Source: Proteromonas lacertae (lineage: Eukaryota). From it: a stretch of DNA of 64,000 nt. The stretch is from the NCBI GenBank assembly GCA_002245135.1, contig NGBS01000872.1:372001-436000 (forward strand). The letters run 5' to 3'. Position 1 is the first letter of the stretch. Each line of letters opens with the position of its first letter. The position numbers and the translations under genes were made by a program. The notes beneath the pieces are model-generated. The model ran no database searches and was not told the DNA's origin. It saw only the letters and a list, made by a program, of their open reading frames with translations. Positions 55,716 through 64,000 of the stretch are shown here, piece after piece.

Positions 55716-57412
55716 ATGGGAATGTTTTATTCTACAAATGCATCAGGAGTAAGGCAAGGAGCTAATAAAGTGAACCACATCGATACTAGACAAGCCAAAA
55801 GTGGTATTCTTTGTTGAACTATAGTTTAGGAGATATTGTTTTAGTTCAGAATAGAAATCACTCAGATAAATATGTAAACCTATGTAATCCAGACATCCTA
55901 TTCGGAGTATCTGCAGCACAATCACAGTCATTATATTTTTTAACAAATAGGAATATATCAGGTATAATTTAGTTTAATTAGTTTTATTTTAGGTTGGGAT
56001 GAAGTGGGTCTATTATTTGAAGATGATGTAGGTGAAATAAAACTTTTACAAGTTACAGATGAAGGAATACAATTAGTAAATTTCGAGTTAGCTATGGAAA
56101 AGTATGATTATCTTCAATCACTGGTTGTAATTCGTCCATTCAATCCCAAGAACATTCCAGAAACTTCTGAAAGACTTAACGCACTTCAAGAACTCTATAT
56201 GAGTCTACATAATCATCCTTTAGATTGGTGTTTGTATGAACATGATAAAATATGGAAAGATGTAGATAAAGATGTTAGTGATTCTTTGCTAATAACAGTT
56301 TTTGAAAGAGTAAAGAAACATCTAGATGTTTTATCTCCAATAATGGATATGGAGATTACTAGATTATTTAATTTAATTGATTTAGATATGACTGGAAAGT
56401 ATTATTATTATTATCATTTTGTGTTATTTAGAATATCAAAAAATGGATTAGAAATTAGACCAAGTGTAATTGGCAATAATTTAAGTAAAGAAGAAATGAA
56501 AATTGTATTTTATTTATATATTATTTATAAATATTTATAGTTAAGAAGAGCTTTATTAGATAATAAAGAAGAAGATATGACATTAGAACAATTAAAACAA
56601 TCATTTATAAAGAATAGTCAGCAAGAAATACCTAAAGATATGAATCTTATTGGAATTGTATATATTAACAATATATAATATATAATATATTTATAATAAT
56701 TTTAGGTAAGTGCAGAAATTGTTTATAGAATATTAGAATTATGTCATTTCCTTGGTAAGAAAGATGATAAAATATTGTATTTAATCATTTTACTACATAT
56801 CTAAATATAGAATAACACCAGAATCATTTGGTTCTTTTTCCAATGAAATCCCATTTCTACTTCCTAATATGTATGGTAAAGAAGAAGTTGTACATCCAGT
56901 ATAATATATATTATATATATATATTATTAGATTGCATTATTGCCAGAAGAACTTCGACCAACTAAAGAAGAAAAAGGATCAGGAATTAGACGTTATCAAT
57001 TCCTATTTAAGAACAATTATGTTGATGGTGAATATGGTAATCCCAAACCTGATGTTGTTATTGAAGATACAAAGACTGGTGATGTTATTAGAGTAAGAGA
57101 TCATACTTCTTTAGGAAATACACCAACAAGAAGAACAATCGTATATATTGAACTTATTTATATAAAATAGAAGAATCCAATTACTTCTAGACCAAATTCA
57201 ACAGTGCATAGAAGTAATTATGGAACTGCTAAGACATCTAGAGCTCCTTCAAGTATGATAAGAAGATCATCAATGAATATGATGACACCTAAGACTGCTG
57301 TATATATTTCTTAATATTTTTATGTTTATGGTAGAAAGCAAGTAATTTTGGTAAAAGAAAGTCTATAGGTAGTCCAGGGAAAAGAAGATCTTCCAATACT
57401 TTCTTCCCTTAA
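55716..57412 (+). CDS. Hypothetical multi-exon protein, possible permuted NlpC/P60-like fold with EF-hand-like insert
   Basis: GDIVL...WDEVGL...LLQVTDEGI and later VSAEIVYRIL...ITPESF; LFNLIDLDMTG EF-hand-like; N-terminal MG. Confidence 0.4.
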
Positions 57413-57551
57413 ATGTTGTATATTTTATTATGTTTTGTCTGGTTTAATGCAATGTTTTTTTCCCTGTTATATTAGCAAATTAACACAAATATTTGGAAAG
57501 AAATAAATATTCAAAAATCGTTAGTAATAAAAGGAAAAAAGAGAGGAAAAA

Positions 57552-58572
57552 TCAGTTTTTCACTTCATTATCGTCTTCTTTATCTCCTTCATCTAAATTA
57601 ATATCTTCCATTTGCTCATCATCTTTTGTTTGATCAAGATTAATCAATTTATTACTCTGTCTTGATAACTCTTTAATACTCACTCTTCCTTTCTCATTTA
57701 CATACTTTGCAACAGCATCCAATTCTTCATCAGTAAGATAAATAATTTTTCCTCTTTCATCAAATAAAACTTGTAATCTTCCCATTGATTCTAAACTCTG
57801 CACTCTATTAATTGCCTCTTCAACATGTAAATGGAATTTCATTGCTAAATCTTCTATTTGTACAATCTTTTTATCTTTAATATAATTAATAAATTCTTGA
57901 ATTAAATTCTCATTATTGGCTATTTCATCTTCTACTGTTCCTTCTTTTTCTACTTCAAACATTCCTTTCCATTGATTATATTCCTCTTCTTCTTTTTCTT
58001 GCCTTTTCTTCTCTTCTTCTAACATCTTTTGCTCTTCTTCTTCTTCTCTCTTTTCTTTTTCTCTTAATCTTGTTAAATAGGCATTTTCAGCTTCTTGATG
58101 TTTATCTACTACTGATTCTCTTTGATTTCTTTCTGATAATAACCTCTCTGCCTTTTCTTTCTTTTTTAATGCTTTATTTAATAGTCTTTTTGCTTCTTTT
58201 CCTTTTTTATTTCTTAGACATTTTATATATTCATCATCATATCTGTCATTATCATCATCTAAATTATCATCACCATCACCATCATCATCTGATGCTTCAT
58301 TATTTTGTTCAGGATGTCTTCTTCGTAGCTCATTGCCATTATTTGGATTATTAACTACATTATTTCTATTTTCCCTATTATTATCATTTCTTTCATTCTA
58401 TTATTCACAATATAATTATAATTTAAACATACATTAGGTTTTGGGTTTGGTTTTGAAGCTTGACCAATGAAATAAACAGCTACAAGTATAATAATCAAAC
58501 CAACTACTCCTACTCCTACAAATATAAAATCAGTGCTATGTTAATATAATAAAATTATCAATACCTATTCAT
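57552..58572 (-). CDS. DDRGK1: DDRGK1/UFBP1 (UFM1 ligase adaptor)
   Basis: N-terminal TM anchor, charged linker, EEY..WK..F.VE.EG, EFINYIK..KIV..EDLA, DERGKIIYLT.EE...VA......GRVSI. Confidence 0.9.
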
Positions 58573-58625
58573 AAAAAGAATAAATGTTAAATACAAATTA
58601 ATACACGTATTAAATTGTCTTTACA
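58573..58625. promoter_or_regulatory. Putative 53-bp bidirectional promoter region with dyad symmetry
   Basis: Lies between divergent ATGs at 58572 and 58626; ACAAATTAATAC-AC-GTATTAAATTGT (58593-58618), arms 11/12 complementary. Confidence 0.45.
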
Positions 58626-59964
58626 ATGATGGTCGAAATCTTGATAGCTTTATTTATAGGTGGTGCAATTTTTGCATTTTTCTATTTTCAGAAACATGAA
58701 GAACCGAAAGAAAAGCCTGCTGAAGAGAATGGTGATGTAAATACCTCAAAGAAGAAATCTAAGCCGAAGAAGCCGATTAAAAAACAGAATGTATATTAAG
58801 TTTTATTTATTGTATTAGGTGACACAATCTGTTCAAGTGAAACTGAATGGTTCAACTCCATCTCACCCACAGTTGGTTATTATCTTAAAGAACCATCAGA
58901 ATTATGTAACATGCATAGCTATAAGCAATAAATGTATATAATATTAAGCATACAATCGTTCATAGCCAAAATGATTGGTACAGCATCATTAGATAATACA
59001 GTGAGAATATATGATGGAGCATCATTAACTACAAAAACACAAAAAGTATTTAGAATAAATTGTGAGTATGATTATGCATCAGCAATGTGTTTTAGCGAAG
59101 ATGATCAGTACTTGGTATAATCTATATACATATTGATAATTATATTATTAATATTAATAATAGATAATAACTTTAGAAAATTCACATGATATTAATTTCT
59201 ACAATATTCCATCATTCAATAGTGAAGAAAAACCATCACTTTATAAGTCATTTAAAACAAACAATATCGGTTCAATACCTCGAATATTCACCTCTGGAAC
59301 AGGAGATAACTTGGTAATATATACAAATTGTTTAGATAATGATAATATCATCAAAGTATGGGATTATAGTGGTAAAAAGATAAGTCAAGAAGATATTAAA
59401 CAAAATGTGATATATGATATTGTATGTAGTAAAAATGGTCAATTCTTAGCTCCTGCTTCGTTTTGTAGTGGTGTAAAAATATATGAAGGATATAGAAGCA
59501 GAGAAGGAACTTTTAAAAAATTGAATCAAATAATGACATTAAATGGACATAAAAGTGGAATAACTGCTTTAGGATTTGGTAATTTGAATAGTAAAGTAAT
59601 AACTGTATCTAAAGATAATACCTGGAAAATATGGGGAATTAGTGTAAGATATAATGAAGGAGGAGAACCACATTTATTGTATAGTTACAATAATAATTTA
59701 TCAGTTCAATTTGCTCTATTAAGTGAGACATTACAAGTATGATTATATTTTTTTATTTTTATATTAATCTAATAGATTGCAGTATTAATAGCAGAAGGTG
59801 ATATATATATGTATAAAATAGAAAATGGAGAAGAAATTATGAAAATTGAACAACCACATAATGGATTTATAAAAGGAGCAATAATGTCGAATAATGGAAA
59901 GCTTTTACTAACAATGGGAGTAGATGATAAACATGTTTGTTTATGGAATCTGTTAATTAAGTAA
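58626..59964 (+). CDS. TBL2: TBL2-like ER-anchored WD40 protein
   Basis: N-terminal TM; HPQL...LKNH; F...VKIYE....EG.FK......LNGH; VSKDNTWKIW...VRY.....PHLL. Confidence 0.8.
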
Positions 59965-60025
59965 TTTTTCTATCCATTATTCTCTTTTTTTATTAGTTTA
60001 TTAAAATAACATTAATGAAATACTG

Positions 60026-63000
60026 TTAATCAATATTCAAGAATTCTTTTGATAATTCTTTCTTTTCTTCTTCTAAAATTCCACTTAATTTTATTCTTCC
60101 AATTGAAAAGAATGTTCCTAAAAATGATTTTAATTCTGTTTTATCTACATTCTCTTTTATTGTTATAGAAAATTCAACCAAATTATCAAATACTTTTTAT
60201 TTTCTTTCATTAAATTCATTTTACTTTCATCTAATTCATTTCCTGATATATCTATCTTTGTTAATGGTTTATAATCTTTCAATTTTTCTATTAATATTTT
60301 CAATCCTTTTTCATTTATTCCAACATCTATACAATTTATATACTAATATAAATACTTGAGAGATTTAATGATGAACGATAGTCAACAAATTTTTCTAAAT
60401 ATTTACATATTATCTCGATTCCTTCATCACCAATTGGATTATTATTAATTACAATATTATCTGCATCTTTTGTCAATGAATTCATTAATTCATTAAATCC
60501 TTTAGAAGTGATTCTGTTATTGGATAAATCAAGTCCCCAATAGTTTATTTGTTTAATGAATGAAATATGAGAATCAGTCAAATTCATATCTATTTCATCA
60601 TAAAAATATAGTAAATATACTTGAAAAATCATATTTTCTACTATCTATTCTTTTCTTTTTAATACAATAATCAAAATAATACTCCAATTCTTCATTTGTC
60701 CATGATGAACATTTCATTTCTATAAATGGATATTTATCACTTTTTAATGATTTTGAACAAATTGATTTTAATCCATTCATTCTGATATTATTTCCATTAA
60801 GATTTATTCTGTCGTAACACTCAATTGTATCTATTTTGTTTGCTAGTAATATCATACTTTCATCATCAATTGAAATATTTCTTAAATCCATTACAAGTAG
60901 ATATCTAACCATGTTTAAATTACTTAATAACAATTTAAATCCAGCATTACCTATTGGATTATCTATTAAACAATTATTAAATATATATATATATATATAT
61001 ATACCATGAATAAACAAATTTTCAATTTTGTCATTTTCCTTCACATAATTCATCAAATACTCTATTCCATCTGAATCTATATTATTATCACTTATATCAA
61101 GATATTCTAGCTTTTCATGAATATTCTTCAAACCATCAACTAAATATTTTAATCCGATTGATGATAATCCCATTTCTATTACACATTAAATTATAATAAT
61201 TAATAATAATATACTTGAACAGTCAACAGTACTACAGTTTTTCAATAAATGTATATATGGAGATAATAATTTCATACTGTCATCTCCTATTTCATTTCCA
61301 TTCAACTGGAATGAATTAAGATTTGAGAATAATGATAAATTGTTAATCAGCATGCCTATACTTTTATAAGTTAGTTTATTATCTAAATAATAGAAAAATA
61401 TCAAATAATACTTCTCAAATCTAGATATCTTATTTCTTTTAATTCATTAGATCTTAATGAAATGAACGATTTGAAAACATCATCATCAATTTCTAAATCA
61501 TTTAGAAACAACGTTTTACTTCTGTTTATATATTTCATTAATTTTAGAATTCTTTCATCTAGTAATAACTCTTCATATCCATTAATATCAAACACTATAT
61601 CAGAAATTGGAAAATTTGATGATATTTTCTTTAATCCTTTTGAATGTATATTGCTGTTGTATCTAATATCTATTTTCTCAATATTTGGATATTTATATAA
61701 TTCTTCTGATAAGTATTTCATTGATTCATCATTTAAATTCATATTTGAAATATTCAACTCATTATTTTTATTGATTAGCAAATGTAAGCATGGAATTAAT
61801 AATTTGAATCCTTTTGGACCTATTGGATTATCTATTTCAAAATAATATAGTATAACAAATACATGAAAGATTTATATATTTTAAATTCATGAAGGGGTTT
61901 GATTTCACAAATGATTCAATGAAATCATATGTGAGATGGCAATAATGTAAATCAAATTCTTGTATATATGTTAATCTAGAAATATACAATCCAAATAATG
62001 ATTGGTATTGGATTGGTCCACCTAAAAATATATACAATTATAATAATACAAAATTCAAGTTTTGTTGGATTGTTTAGTTTCAATACTTTAAACAAATATT
62101 TCATCCCTTCTTCACATGAACAAATACATTGTGAATCAATTCGGATTTTTTCTCTATCATTCCAATCATTTTTCATATCATACATTATTTTATCTAGAAA
62201 ACATTCTACATTCTTGTTGTCATTGTAACGAATAGAGAACTTCAGTTTATCTGTTATTGATTTATCTTCTTTATATATCTTCATCATCAATAGGATTGAT
62301 AGAATTCTTTCATTTGGTTTGTTGTTGTATAACTCGATTAATTCATTTCGAATTTCTATTCAAATATTATTATAGTACTTATCATATATAATATATACTC
62401 TCATATCTATCATTTTTCATATAATATTCAGCTTCACAAGTGGTAAATGGAGATATATCTATTATATAGTCATTATTATATAGTATTTCTTTTCTTTCTT
62501 TTCTTATCATTAAACTATCTTCTGAATCTTTCAATATCTCATTCATCTTGATCATTTCAGATTTTAACTCTTTTAAACTCAATCGATCTTCACTTTTTAC
62601 TTTCAACATTCTGAATATCATCTCTTTTATAATTTCATCACATTTCATATCTAAACTGTATTTACATATCAGAATATTATTAATTGTCTTAAGTATATTA
62701 TCATCTTCATTAAATGGTAATTTCTTAAACATCATTTCATATAATATACATCCGATTGACCAAATCACACTTCGATCATTACATTCTAAGCCATTTAACT
62801 CTTCTGGACTTTTGAAATACACACCGTACACTCCCATATCATTATCTTTTCTCAACAAATCCAAGAATAAATCACATAACTTTATATCATCTTCTCCTTC
62901 ATATATGATGTTTGAACTCTTCAAATTACCAATTACTAAATCACACTCACTCAACATCAATAAACTATCACATATACCACAGATCACACACCTAATATCA

Positions 63001-63345
63001 TCACTTGACAAACATTCATTCTTTATCAAATCTTCTAAATCTCGGTAATAATAGCTTCTTTCATATTTCACCATATTACACCCGATTATCTGGATTGGAG
63101 ATGGATATGTAAATAATGGACAATGATCGAACAATATTGAACTGTTTTCATTAAATTGCAATATCGCTTTTTCTTTTATTCCATCTACATTAATTATTTT
63201 CACCATTTTAACCTCATTATCATGTTTTACGACTAAATCTACTTCGTTTTTACCCCTTTCGGCCCTTTTTTTTATCTATAATATATAACAATTAAAATAC
63301 TTCAAAATCAGAGGAAGACAATACATCATTCAAAGCAAAATTCAT
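60026..63345 (-). CDS. Pseudokinase-LRR protein (copy D); one-base deletion in last exon
   Basis: ATG 63345 (MNFALNDVLSSSDFE); same exon layout as B and C; A-run at 60194-60198 is one base short versus the frame of B and C. Confidence 0.85.
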
Positions 63346-63489
63346 CTTTTAAATTGTTTTAATCTATTTTGCAAATAGGACTTATATACTTGAGTCAAGC
63401 TGGCTTGTTAATTTTGACTCAATTACCATAAATTCGCTTTGTTTTACACAATGTAACTATATACTTTGTATTTATTGGTGTTAGAGTGG

Positions 63490-63764
63490 AGCATTAACAG
63501 AATGCAGCATTAACAGAATGTGTCATAATATGATATATAACAAATATATTACATTAAAGTTAAGCATTAACAGAATGTGATATTCTTCAAAAAGGTGATG
63601 TAAAAGAAGGTAAATGAAAATTATGTGAAATAAAAGCATTTAGCAGTACATATCCATTAATTGATCAAGTTAATATATCTGGATTTGATGGTGTTGCTAT
63701 AACAGCAGATAAGGATAGTGATTATGAAATTAATCCACCAACTAGCATGGATAAAAATGACTAA
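63490..63764 (+). pseudogene. Three copies of a 15-mer leading into a coding-like fragment with an internal TGA
   Basis: AGCATTAACAGAATG at 63490, 63506, 63563; then ALTECDILQKGDVKEGK*KLCEIKAFSSTYPLIDQVNISGFDGVAITADKDSDYEINPPTSMDKND*. Confidence 0.45.
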
Positions 63765-63895
63765 ATGTAATTTATGCAAATAAATATATCGTAAAAATCA
63801 CTATAATTCTTTCTGTATCAAATCATCTATGTAAAAACAGAAAATTCAAAATTGAAAATAGACGTTATAATTTTAAATTACAAACAAGTTTGAAG

Positions 63896-64000
63896 ATGAA
63901 TAGTTTAATTTTTTCAATGATGATATATTATCATCAATATTACTCTATCATTCTAACGTATTTTAATTGTTATATATTATAGATAAAAAAAAGGGCCGAA
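63896..64000 (+). CDS. Start of a further pseudokinase-LRR copy (copy E), divergent from copy D, truncated by window
   Basis: ACAAACAAGTTTGAAG-ATGAATAGTTTA matches the copy B start; intron 63958-63982 and exon-2 start identical to copy D; exon 1 is 62 nt, one base short of in-frame. Confidence 0.75.

Noticed and set aside
63490..63577. CRISPR-like array
   Set aside because: Only three 15-bp units with 1- and 42-bp spacing, eukaryotic context, no cas genes.

Overview
Very AT-rich, gene-dense eukaryotic nuclear DNA with many tiny GT-AG introns (mostly about 25-40 nt), the standard genetic code and very short intergenic gaps. The beta-tubulin looks stramenopile-like, and the mini-introns plus occasional TGTTTGTT motifs downstream of genes suggest a Blastocystis-like organism (inference). 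The centre (17-60 kb) is housekeeping: a CM1/centrosomin-motif coiled-coil protein, DDX46/Prp5, Hsp110, CEP78-like, ESCRT-III, a B-box protein, an AT3-SGNH acyltransferase-like gene, M1 aminopeptidase, TAF1, NEK kinase, beta-tubulin, Med10-like, Mak21/CEBPZ, DDRGK1 and TBL2. Both ends are accessory and carry an expanded family of intracellular pseudokinase-LRR genes (three full-length close copies, one divergent partial relative, and the start of a fifth). The close copies are patchwork mosaics of each other, built from uniformly phase-1 LRR exons. Between two copies lies an 8.7 kb zone of pseudogene debris holding one intact, intronless CMC/EnSpm-type DDE transposase with flanking repeats. 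Also notable are two small ORFs resembling only the ESCRT-III C-terminus, one on each side of the ESCRT-III gene. Many single-base frameshifts are most likely assembly indels. All family assignments come from recalled motifs; no database search was run.
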